DNA of 11,899 bases. Source: an uncultured bacterium. Its GTDB lineage: Bacteria; CAIJMQ01. Shown here in pieces: positions 1 through 8,190 of this stretch. Every line of letters starts with the position of its first letter. Positions within the stretch are counted from its first letter, which is position 1. A program made the position numbers and the translations under genes. A model generated the notes under the pieces. It had not been told where the DNA came from, made no database searches, and was given only the letters and a program-made list of their open reading frames with translations. The stretch covers positions 1-11,899 of the forward strand of contig CAZNJA010000041.1 in assembly GCA_964573245.1 (NCBI GenBank). Reading direction: 5' to 3'.

Positions 1-62
1 CCAATATAGGGTGTTGGATAGAGATATGGAAGTGTAAAGTCATTGTAAAAAGAAAAAAATTA

Positions 63-1175
63 ATGAAGAAATTAAAGATAGGGATAATTGGGGTCGGAGG
101 GATTGGGTATTCACATTGCAAGAGTATTGAGTCTTTGGAGGAAACAGAACTTACTTGTGTTTGTGATATTAATAAAGAAACAGCAAAAAAAACCGGTGAA
201 GAATTTGAGGTAAAATATTTTACCGATTACAAAGAACTTATAAAAAGCGGGCTTTGTGAGGCGGTGTTGATTGCTACTCCTCATTGGTTCCATCCTGAAA
301 TTTGCATTTTTGCTTTTGAAAACAATTTGCATGTGCTCTGCGAGAAACCGATTGCTGTAACGGTGTCCGGCGCAGACAGGATGCTTGAAGCCGCAAAAAA
401 GAGCAAGAAAGTTTTCTCGGCAATCTATCAGCAGAGAACATCTCCTGCCGTTAAAAAAGCCATAGAGATTGTTGAAAGCGGAATTTTGGGCGAAATTCAG
501 AGAGTTCTTTTTATTGATACTGTTTTTTATCGCACTCAAGCATACTACGATAGCGCCGCATGGCGCGGGACATGGAGGGGCGAAGGCGGCGGAATTTTGA
601 TAAATCAGGCACAGCATGGCATAAATATTTTTATCGCTTTGGTCGGGCTGCCGAAGAAGGTTGAGGTGAAAACAAGAGGGAAATTTCATAATATTGAAGC
701 CGAGGATGAAGTCTCTGCTTTTTTGGAATATCCAAACGGAGCATGGGGACATTATTATACGACTACTTGCGAGCCGGGGGGATGTTTGCACATAGAATTG
801 GTAGCAAACAAGGGAAAATTGGTATTGAAAGGGGACGAGTTGAGGTTTTGTCGTTTTACTCCTCCTATTTCGGAGTATATTTCGAGGTCGAAAGAATTAT
901 GGAACCCACCCGCAGTCAAAGAGGAAAAAATAGAAATTGTGCAGAGAAATAAAAGCATGACTGCGTATACCGAAATCATAGAAAACTTCGCAAGACATGT
1001 ATTATATAAAGAGCCGCTTCTTGTTTCCGGCGAAGACAGCGTGGGGTCGATTAAATTTGTCAACGCTTTAATTATGTCGGGTGCAAAGGCAGTGCCTGTT
1101 AAGTTGCCCGTGAATAAAAAAGAATATGACAACTTTATTGATAAACTAAAAAATACATCGAAGTTCCAAAAGTAG
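63..1175 (+). CDS. Gfo/Idh/MocA family NAD(P)-dependent oxidoreductase
   Basis: 370 aa ORF with an N-terminal Rossmann motif (IGIIGVGGIG), IATPHWFH, the family CEKP motif and a GGGILINQAQH catalytic-region motif. Substrate cannot be inferred. Confidence 0.93.
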   Translation: MKKLKIGIIGVGGIGYSHCKSIESLEETELTCVCDINKETAKKTGEEFEVKYFTDYKELIKSGLCEAVLIATPHWFHPEICIFAFENNLHVLCEKPIAVTVSGADRMLEAAKKSKKVFSAIYQQRTSPAVKKAIEIVESGILGEIQRVLFIDTVFYRTQAYYDSAAWRGTWRGEGGGILINQAQHGINIFIALVGLPKKVEVKTRGKFHNIEAEDEVSAFLEYPNGAWGHYYTTTCEPGGCLHIELVANKGKLVLKGDELRFCRFTPPISEYISRSKELWNPPAVKEEKIEIVQRNKSMTAYTEIIENFARHVLYKEPLLVSGEDSVGSIKFVNALIMSGAKAVPVKLPVNKKEYDNFIDKLKNTSKFQK

Positions 1176-1340
1176 ACATGCTTGTAATCAGCATTAACTT
1201 CACCCTCTAAATACTGACTGGCAGGCGGGCTTGATTCTTGGTTTTTTTTTATATAAGATAGCCTAAATTGTTTTTCATCTTTGCGTTTTATTCCGATTTT
1301 TGACATTATTTACAGAACGAAGACTTCCAAAATTTTTAAT

Positions 1341-1703
1341 ATGGAACTTAAAAGCAGAGAGGATATGCAGGAATCATTTAAGGAACGCAGAAAGCACGCA
1401 AGATTAAGTTTGGCTCTTCCCATGTATCTTCAATGGGTAAATAAAGACGGCATAATGTCCAGTAAAAATTGTAATAGTTTGAATGTAAGTGCTGGGGGTG
1501 TCTATTATAAAAGCGAAGAAGAGCTTCCTTTGGACACGGATGCTACAGTGGTTTTTAATTTACCTGTTAATGATTTAGTCGATTTTAGAGTATTGAGGGC
1601 TCAGGGAAAGGTTGTCAGGGTGGAAAAATCTAAAACAGACCATAAGGGAATAGCTTTGGAATTTTTAGGCGAATTGAAATTTTCCACTATTTACAATAAC
1701 TGA
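1341..1703 (+). CDS. Stand-alone PilZ-domain protein (putative c-di-GMP receptor)
   Basis: Both PilZ motifs are present: RxxxR (ERRKHAR) and (D/N)xSxxG (NVSAGG), followed by beta-barrel-like GKVVRV and GIALEF. Start uncertain: ATG 1341 or ATG 1365 is preferred over the TTG at 1281. Confidence 0.88.
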   Translation: MELKSREDMQESFKERRKHARLSLALPMYLQWVNKDGIMSSKNCNSLNVSAGGVYYKSEEELPLDTDATVVFNLPVNDLVDFRVLRAQGKVVRVEKSKTDHKGIALEFLGELKFSTIYNN

Positions 1704-1758
1704 CGCTTTCTGCAAATCTTTTATTGTTATTTGCCGATTCCGATATAGGCGGTTTTGC

Positions 1759-2193
1759 TTATATCCCGGTTACGGTTATAACTCCTTCATGGTTTATAGA
1801 TATTTTAATGTCTGCAGCGTCGCCTGAGCCAATGATGGTAGCGGTAAAGTTGGCTTCGTGTCCTGTCCCGCCGGCGAGTATACTTGGCATCGTTTTAAAA
1901 TATTTGTTGTTGTTGATATCTATATTTTGCTCTAAATCCGCCCAATTATTCGTGTATCTGTTATATTCTGCAAAGTATATTCTTTGTGCTGTTCTTATGG
2001 CTCCGACCATGGCATGTCCCTCTGTTGCCATAACCCTTCTGATGTTTTGCCTGAATATAGGCACTGCCATTGCCGATAAAGCCCCTACGATAATTATTGC
2101 CACAAGAAGCTCTATGAGGGTAAACCCCTCCGGAGATTTTTTCTCTGATGGAGTGAACACTTTTTTGCGGTTTATTTTTTTATCCCTTTGCAT
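1759..2193 (-). CDS. Type IV pilin (prepilin with class III signal peptide; PilA/PilE-like)
   Basis: Basic 23-aa leader, then G|FTLIELLVAIIIVGALSAMAVP with E5, G14 and P22 conserved. Mature protein is 121 aa with no cysteines. Confidence 0.93.
   Translation of the reverse strand: MQRDKKINRKKVFTPSEKKSPEGFTLIELLVAIIIVGALSAMAVPIFRQNIRRVMATEGHAMVGAIRTAQRIYFAEYNRYTNNWADLEQNIDINNNKYFKTMPSILAGGTGHEANFTATIIGSGDAADIKISINHEGVITVTGI
2124..2154. repeat. Imperfect palindrome inside the prepilin leader coding sequence
   Basis: On the coding (-) strand ACTCCATCAGAGA-AAAAA-TCTCCGGAGGGGT: 13-nt arms with 9 Watson-Crick pairs, 2 G.U pairs and 2 mismatches. Confidence 0.6.
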
Positions 2194-2202
2194 CTAAAGT
2201 AG

Positions 2203-2232
2203 ATTATACCCGACTTACCCGGAAAATTTCAA
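2203..2232 (-). promoter_or_regulatory. Putative sigma70 promoter of the pilin gene
   Basis: Minus strand reads TTGAAA (2232-2227), 18-nt spacer, TATAAT (2208-2203), 9 nt, ATG (2193). Confidence 0.7.
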
Positions 2233-2404
2233 AAAAGATTGTTTAATTTCTGCAAGAGGAATTTCGGCATATATACTATAAAAATTCAAAAGACAATTTG
2301 TCCTATGCCACAAAAGTTGTGCTCGAAAACATGGAAAAAGATGGTTCCCTACCTGCTAAGATGTTATGTTGGAACAGATAGGCGGATATGGCTTATATAT
2401 GTAT

Positions 2405-2433
2405 TTTATTAACTTAGATTTATGTGGTAAAAT
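2405..2433 (+). promoter_or_regulatory. Putative extended -10 promoter facing uvrA
   Basis: TG-g-TAAAAT at 2425-2433, with a weak -35 (TTTATT, 2405-2410) 17 nt upstream of the -10 hexamer. The AT-rich background lowers significance. Confidence 0.45.
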
Positions 2434-2455
2434 TTCGCTTCGCAAAGGAATTTTG

Positions 2456-2586
2456 ACAAAACTTATGATTAGGTACCGATTCCTAAGGTTTTTTATCCCT
2501 GCACCCCACAACCCCGTAGATAATTTGATAAGTAACAGGAATAACGTCGGAGTCCGGTAATCTCCCTAATCATATTATTGTTTTGT
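2456..2586. repeat. Long imperfect inverted repeat (candidate structured RNA or MITE relic) upstream of uvrA
   Basis: Nested arms: ACAAAAC 2456-62 / GTTTTGT 2580-86; TATGATTAGG 2464-73 / CCTAATCATA 2565-74; TACCG 2474-78 / CGGTA 2555-59; ATTCC 2479-83 / GGAGT 2549-53; TTATCCCTG 2493-2501 / CAGGAATAA 2536-44. Confidence 0.75.
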
Positions 2587-2594
2587 TTATATCT

Positions 2595-5456
2595 ATGAGC
2601 AAAGGAAAAATCATAATAAGGGGAATTCGGCAACACAATCTTAAAAACATCAATGTGGACATTCCCCGCAATAAACTGGTCGTAGTTACGGGTCTTTCAG
2701 GCTCCGGGAAATCGTCACTTGCTTTCGACACCATTTATGCCGAAGGACAGAGACGTTATGTAGAATCGCTTTCGGCATATGCTAGACAGTTCCTGGAAAT
2801 GATGGAAAAACCCGACATAGATTATATCGAGGGGCTTTCTCCTGCAATAGCAATTGAGCAGAAACCCGTTTCGCATAACCCGCGCTCTACTGTGGGAACG
2901 ATAACAGAAATATACGATTACTTGCGATTACTCTTTGCTCACATCGGAACGGTTTATTGTTATCAATGCGCAAGACAAATACAGAGCCAATCTCCATCCC
3001 AAATAGTGGAAAAAATAATGAAGGAGCCTATTTCAACAAAAATACAAGTTCTTGCGCCGCTTGTAAGAGGCAGGAAAGGCGAATATAGCGCGCTTTTGGA
3101 AAAAATAAAACAAGAAGGATATGTGAGGGTTCGCATAGACGGAATCATCCACGACTTGGAAGAAAATATAAGGATAGATAAAAACAAGAAGCATAATATT
3201 GAAGTTGTGGTAGATAGATTGGTTATAAAACCAGACAACAAACCTTATATTACGGACTCTGTCGAATCAGCACTCAAATTGGCTGAAGGGTTAGTGCTCG
3301 TAACGGTAAATAACAGGAAGAAGCCAGAGGAAAGACTTTTTTCTCAAAGTTTCTCTTGCCCGAATTGTGGGATATCTTATCCTGAAATTACCCCCAGAAT
3401 GTTTTCTTTCAATTCTCCTTACGGTGCTTGTCAAGTGTGCCACGGGTTGGGAGAGAAGATGGAAGTAGATGCCGATTTGGTAGTGCCCGATAAAAACAAA
3501 TCTCTTGCCGAGGGAGCCATGGAACCATGGGATAATCCCGTAACCACGAAAAGGCATAGGTGGAAATATTCCGTTGGCAGGTATTTTTTCAGCATACTTG
3601 AGTCATTGTCGGAACATTATAGGTTCAACATGAACGCACCATTCAAGAATTTGCCGGAAAACATCAGAAAGATAATTCTATACGGTTCAGGTGATGAATT
3701 AATAAAATTTGATGTTGAGAGAGCAGGACAACTGCATTCTTATCAAGACACTTTTGAAGGAGTTATAGGAAATATAGAGAGAAGATACCGCGAAACCGAT
3801 TCAGAATATGTAAAAGAGGAAATCTATAGAAAATATATATTGTTAAAAACTTGTCCGGAGTGCAAGGGGCAGCGACTGAAAAAAGAAGCATTATCGGTGA
3901 AGATTAAAGGTAAATCCATAACCGAAGTTACTCGGTTGACAATAAAGGAGACTTTGAATTTTTTCGAGAATTTAGAGTTGTCTTCTCAGGAAGAATTGAT
4001 TTCTCATCAAATATTAAAGGAAATAAAATCTCGGCTGAAATTTTTGTTCAATGTGGGACTTGGCTACGTATCTTTGGACAGAAAAGCCGAAACGCTTTCC
4101 GGAGGCGAAACCGCAAGAACGCGCCTCGCTACTCAAATAGGCTCTTCCTTGGTGGGAGTTTTGTATATTTTAGACGAACCCACCGTAGGGCTGCATCAAA
4201 GAGATACCCGCAGATTGATAAGTACCTTGAAAAATCTGCGCGATTTGGGCAACACGATCATCATAGTCGAGCACGATGAAAACACTATAAGATCCGCCGA
4301 CCATATAATCGACTTGGGTCCTGGAGCAGGGGAGTATGGGGGGCAAATCGTGGCACAGGGAACGGTTCAGAAAATAATGCGGGCAAAAAATTCTTTAACG
4401 GGTAAATATTTAAAAAGAGAATTAATTATTCCTGTCCCGTCAAAACATAGAACTGCCCAAAAAGGATATCTTGAAATTTCAGGCGCGCAGGAACACAATT
4501 TAAAAAAGATAAATGTAAAGATTCCGCTTGGATTGTTTACCTGCGTAACGGGTGTTTCGGGTTCTGGCAAATCAACGCTTGTGGACGAAATTCTGTATAG
4601 AGGTTTGGCAAAAATACTCTATAATTCGAAGATAAAAGCCGGCAAGCACGATAAAATAATAGGCTGCGATAAAATCGATAAAGTAATAAATATCACGCAG
4701 GAGCCTATCGGCAGGACACCTCGTTCAAATCCGGTAACTTATACGGATACATTTGGCCCTATAAGAGAAATTTTTTCCAAAACAAAAATGTCCCGGATAA
4801 GAGGATACAAACCGGGACGTTTCTCTTTCAATGTGAAAGGGGGAAGATGCGAACAATGCGCTGGAGAAGGATTGTTGAAAATTGAAATGCATTTTCTTCC
4901 CGATATATATATTACTTGTGAATCATGCAATGGGAAAAGATATAATAGCCAGACATTAGAAATTAAATATAAAGGTAAAAACATTGCAGAAGTTTTAAAC
5001 ATGAGCGTTGAAGAAGCCTTGAATTTTTTTGAAAATATTCCTGTTATTAAAAGAAAATTGCAAACTTTAAACGACGTAGGGCTTGGATATATAAAACTGG
5101 GGCAATCGGCTACAACTCTTTCCGGCGGGGAAGCGCAAAGGATAAAGCTTGCAAAAGAATTAAGTAAAGTAGCCACAGGCAGTACACTATACATTTTGGA
5201 CGAGCCAACTACAGGGCTTCACTTTGCAGACACGGACAAATTGCTTAAAGTTTTGAATCGGCTGGTGGATAGAGGAAACACATTGATAGTTATAGAGCAT
5301 AACCCGGATGTGATAAAAACCGCCGACCATATTATAGATTTGGGGCCTGAAGGAGGCGACAAAGGCGGTAAGATAGTAGTGCAGGGGACACCTGAAGAAA
5401 TTATCTTGTGCCAAAAATCGCATACTGGAAAAGTTTTAAAGGAAATGTCGAATTAA
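2595..5456 (+). CDS. uvrA: Excinuclease ABC subunit A
   Basis: Two ABC ATPase modules (GLSGSGKSS and GVSGSGKST; two LSGGE signatures; two LYILDEPT Walker B motifs), the [18 protein letters not shown] motif, [20 protein letters not shown] and CxxC zinc sites. ATG 2595 is preferred to TTG 2583. Confidence 0.99.
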   Translation: MSKGKIIIRGIRQHNLKNINVDIPRNKLVVVTGLSGSGKSSLAFDTIYAEGQRRYVESLSAYARQFLEMMEKPDIDYIEGLSPAIAIEQKPVSHNPRSTVGTITEIYDYLRLLFAHIGTVYCYQCARQIQSQSPSQIVEKIMKEPISTKIQVLAPLVRGRKGEYSALLEKIKQEGYVRVRIDGIIHDLEENIRIDKNKKHNIEVVVDRLVIKPDNKPYITDSVESALKLAEGLVLVTVNNRKKPEERLFSQSFSCPNCGISYPEITPRMFSFNSPYGACQVCHGLGEKMEVDADLVVPDKNKSLAEGAMEPWDNPVTTKRHRWKYSVGRYFFSILESLSEHYRFNMNAPFKNLPENIRKIILYGSGDELIKFDVERAGQLHSYQDTFEGVIGNIERRYRETDSEYVKEEIYRKYILLKTCPECKGQRLKKEALSVKIKGKSITEVTRLTIKETLNFFENLELSSQEELISHQILKEIKSRLKFLFNVGLGYVSLDRKAETLSGGETARTRLATQIGSSLVGVLYILDEPTVGLHQRDTRRLISTLKNLRDLGNTIIIVEHDENTIRSADHIIDLGPGAGEYGGQIVAQGTVQKIMRAKNSLTGKYLKRELIIPVPSKHRTAQKGYLEISGAQEHNLKKINVKIPLGLFTCVTGVSGSGKSTLVDEILYRGLAKILYNSKIKAGKHDKIIGCDKIDKVINITQEPIGRTPRSNPVTYTDTFGPIREIFSKTKMSRIRGYKPGRFSFNVKGGRCEQCAGEGLLKIEMHFLPDIYITCESCNGKRYNSQTLEIKYKGKNIAEVLNMSVEEALNFFENIPVIKRKLQTLNDVGLGYIKLGQSATTLSGGEAQRIKLAKELSKVATGSTLYILDEPTTGLHFADTDKLLKVLNRLVDRGNTLIVIEHNPDVIKTADHIIDLGPEGGDKGGKIVVQGTPEEIILCQKSHTGKVLKEMSN

Positions 5457-5482
5457 ATGTATTAAAAATTACTGACGCAGAC

Positions 5483-8137
5483 ATGAAGGATAAAATAGCC
5501 ATTACCATTTTGGTTTTTGTTCTTGTTTTTTCGTTGTGTCTTTATGCAAACGAAAAAGAAGACTTTTTAGTAGCCAAACAATTTTATGATGATAGTTTAT
5601 ACGCTATGGCTATTAATGCGTTGGAGATGTTTATAGAAAAACATCCCGATTCTGGTTTTGTCGGCGATGCTTATTATTGGCTTGGGGAAGCTTTTATAAA
5701 AGAGAAACGTTTTAAAGATGCCGAAGATATTTTTCAAAAGGTAATTTTGTTGTATCACGAAAACCAATATATAGAATATGCTTACTACGGCTTATCTTGT
5801 GCTCAATTACAACAGGAAAAATTTACCGAAGCCCGTTCCACACTAAAGATTTTCATGGGTAAATTTCCTGATTCAGTGCTTTTGCCTTCGGTAAACATTC
5901 TATCAGGGGATATTTTTTATAGAGAGAATAATATCCCCGAAGCTATCAATAAATTTACGAAGGCATTACAAGAACAAACGTTTGTGGACCAAGCGCTTTA
6001 TTCCTTAGGGAAGGCTTATTCTTCAATAAAAGATTGGGAGAAAGCCAAGCAGTATTACCATGAGATTTTGTCACAGTTTCCCAGAAGCAGTTTCGCGCCG
6101 CTTGCTTTACACAACATAGGCCTTTGCCAATTCAAAGAAGGCAATCTTGATGAAAGTTTGAAGACTTTTTCATACCTTGCGCGCAAATTTCCTCGAAGTG
6201 ATGTAATCCCGTCGTCGTTTTATTATTCCGGCGCGGTCTATGTGGAGAAAGAGGATTTTGGCAAAGCAATAAGAACATACGAAAGATTGTTAAAGCAATA
6301 TAAATACAGTCAGTGGGTTGATAAAACCCTCCTTGTTCTTGCCGATTGTTACAGAACAGTTGGGGAAAAGGAAGAAAACGTTCAAACACTTCAGCGCATT
6401 ATAAACGAATTTCCAGAAAGCAATTTGATAGCGGAAGCATTTTACCAATTGGCTATTTCATGCTATTCGGAAAATGATTTCCATGGAGCGGTCAAATATT
6501 ATTCAAAAATAAAAGAAGAGTATCCCGATTATGAAAAAATAGACAATGTGCTAATGGATTTGGGGTTTAGTTTCTACAAGCAGGGAAAATATAAGAGTGC
6601 TGAAGAAGTTTTTTCCCTGTTTGGTGAGAAATGTCCAAAACATCCTAAGAATGCTGAAATCCTATACTGGACGGGGAATACTCTTTTAAAACAAGGTCAG
6701 TTCGAAAGAGCTTTGGAAAAATATCACTGGGTTGCAGAAAACTTCCCAGACATGAAAAACATGGACAATGTTCTTTTCCAAAAAGCCATTTGTTATCAGA
6801 CGTTAGACAATCGCTCTGAAGCTTTGCTTACCCTTGAAAATTTAGTTTCGCAATATCCACAAAGCAAGTTGGTTGTATTTTCTCTTTTACAATTGGGCGA
6901 GCTTTTTTTAGAAGAAAAGAATTTTTCAGGCGCTAGAAAGTACTTTAAAGATATAGAAGAAAAATTTCCCAACCATCCAATCGTTGTGGATGCAACGTTC
7001 AAAACCGCCTTAAGTTTCTATCAGGAAGGAAAATTCAACGAAGCTATCTATATTTTACAAAGCATTCAGGAAAAATGGCAAAGTTCAACTATTATTCCCG
7101 AGGTAATATATTGGACTGGATGGTGCTATTTCAGCAAAGGTGAATATGAAGAAGCCATAAATCTTTACCAAAAAGTTTTAAGGGATTTCCCAAACACCCG
7201 GTTTTACGAAGAAGCCTTTTATCAAATAGGAAATTGTTACTATAATCTTGAAAATTTCGTCGAAGCAAAAAATACTTTTCAAAAACTTCTCGGTTTTGAT
7301 GCAAAAGGGTTAAGAAAAGAAGAAGCATATTACTCGATTGCGTCAACTTATTTTAAAGTAGGAGATGACGCGCAAGCTCTGCACTATTTGGAAAAATATA
7401 TGGAGGATTTCCCCAGCGGCAAACTTATAGCAGAAGTTTACCTGCAAATCGCCCATTATTATTACGGCAGGGAAGATTACAATGAGGCGAGAAAGTATTT
7501 TAACCTACTTACGGAAAAAATGCCGGGGCATAAATTGTCATCTGAAGCGCATTATTGGATAGGGTGGACTTATTATCATCAACAAAATTTTTTAGAGGCA
7601 ATAGATGCGTTCTCAAAAGTTACGACAGACTCGTGGGAAAAAGAGGATGCATCTTTCCGAATGGCTGAGTGTCTATATATGCAGGAGAAATGGGAAAAAT
7701 CCCATTATGCCTATATAACCTTTATTCAAAACTATCCGAATAACCAACTCATTCCGGAAGCTTTATATAAAGCGGGGATCTCGCTTAAAAATATGCAAAA
7801 ATTACACGAGGCCTTGGATTACTTAACACAAGCTATAGACTCAGCAAACGCTTCGAAGCACCTAAAAGCTAATTGTCAATACGAAATAGGCAAGACCTTG
7901 GATAAATTAAATGATTCTTCACGCGCTTGTTTTGAATACCTTAAAGTTGCGTATTTATACCCGTCTTACACCAAGTTAGTTGTAAGTTCCTATAAAAGAG
8001 CTGCCGAGATTTTTGAAGAAGAAGGGAAACTTATTCAAGCAAAAAACATATATATGAAACTACTTGAATTCCCAGAGGAAAGAATTTTCGTAGAAGATAA
8101 AATTGCTAAATTGAATAAGAAAATTTTTGGAGAATAG
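5483..8137 (+). CDS. Secreted multi-TPR solenoid protein (CpoB/YbgF- or BamD-like repeats)
   Basis: ATG 5483 opens a Sec-type signal peptide (MKDKIAITILVFVLVFSLCLYA|N). About 23 TPR units follow, mostly with a ~37-aa period and (F/Y)PxS-type linkers; 884 aa in total. The 5408 start overlaps uvrA and would displace the signal peptide. Confidence 0.9.
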   Translation: MKDKIAITILVFVLVFSLCLYANEKEDFLVAKQFYDDSLYAMAINALEMFIEKHPDSGFVGDAYYWLGEAFIKEKRFKDAEDIFQKVILLYHENQYIEYAYYGLSCAQLQQEKFTEARSTLKIFMGKFPDSVLLPSVNILSGDIFYRENNIPEAINKFTKALQEQTFVDQALYSLGKAYSSIKDWEKAKQYYHEILSQFPRSSFAPLALHNIGLCQFKEGNLDESLKTFSYLARKFPRSDVIPSSFYYSGAVYVEKEDFGKAIRTYERLLKQYKYSQWVDKTLLVLADCYRTVGEKEENVQTLQRIINEFPESNLIAEAFYQLAISCYSENDFHGAVKYYSKIKEEYPDYEKIDNVLMDLGFSFYKQGKYKSAEEVFSLFGEKCPKHPKNAEILYWTGNTLLKQGQFERALEKYHWVAENFPDMKNMDNVLFQKAICYQTLDNRSEALLTLENLVSQYPQSKLVVFSLLQLGELFLEEKNFSGARKYFKDIEEKFPNHPIVVDATFKTALSFYQEGKFNEAIYILQSIQEKWQSSTIIPEVIYWTGWCYFSKGEYEEAINLYQKVLRDFPNTRFYEEAFYQIGNCYYNLENFVEAKNTFQKLLGFDAKGLRKEEAYYSIASTYFKVGDDAQALHYLEKYMEDFPSGKLIAEVYLQIAHYYYGREDYNEARKYFNLLTEKMPGHKLSSEAHYWIGWTYYHQQNFLEAIDAFSKVTTDSWEKEDASFRMAECLYMQEKWEKSHYAYITFIQNYPNNQLIPEALYKAGISLKNMQKLHEALDYLTQAIDSANASKHLKANCQYEIGKTLDKLNDSSRACFEYLKVAYLYPSYTKLVVSSYKRAAEIFEEEGKLIQAKNIYMKLLEFPEERIFVEDKIAKLNKKIFGE

Positions 8138-8190
8138 GATGAGCAATTTTAATATTTGATTTTCCCTTTGGAAAGGTGATATTTAATTAT

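Noticed and set aside
2..37. Possible 3' end of an upstream CDS (QYRVLDRDMEV-stop)
   Set aside because: Too short to support.
1176..1255. Intrinsic terminator or REP relic after the oxidoreductase (GGCAGGCGGG followed by a T-tract at 1242-1250)
   Set aside because: A T-run is present but I find no convincing stem directly before it, and the GC-rich decamer has no intact partner arm.
111..1306. Alternative-frame and antisense ORFs 111-791(-), 743-952(+) and 755-1306(-)
   Set aside because: They overlap the well-supported oxidoreductase and have no recognisable motifs; shadow ORFs.
1759..2124. Electrically conductive (e-pilin) assignment
   Set aside because: Aromatic positions 27 and 32 are missing, F/Y/W content is 10 of 121 residues, and no cytochrome genes are in the window.
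1724..2197. 157-aa plus-strand ORF
   Set aside because: Antisense shadow of the pilin, which has a clear class III signal peptide.
2453..2481. Perfect TTGACA at 2453-2458 as a -35 box
   Set aside because: No credible -10 at 16-18 nt spacing. The TTGACA at 1300-1305 fails for the same reason.
2366..2560. 64-aa ORF in the pilin-uvrA spacer
   Set aside because: No recognisable motif or good RBS, and it overlaps the predicted promoter and the long hairpin. A leader peptide cannot be excluded but is unsupported.
2194..2594. c-di-GMP riboswitch or sigma54 promoter upstream of the pilin
   Set aside because: I see no GEMM-like or c-di-GMP-II consensus and no TGGCAC-N5-TTGC motif on either strand, and the predicted pilin 5' UTR is too short for a riboswitch.
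5408..5482. Upstream GTG start for the TPR gene
   Set aside because: It overlaps uvrA by 49 nt and puts 25 residues ahead of an obvious signal peptide; ATG 5483 fits better.
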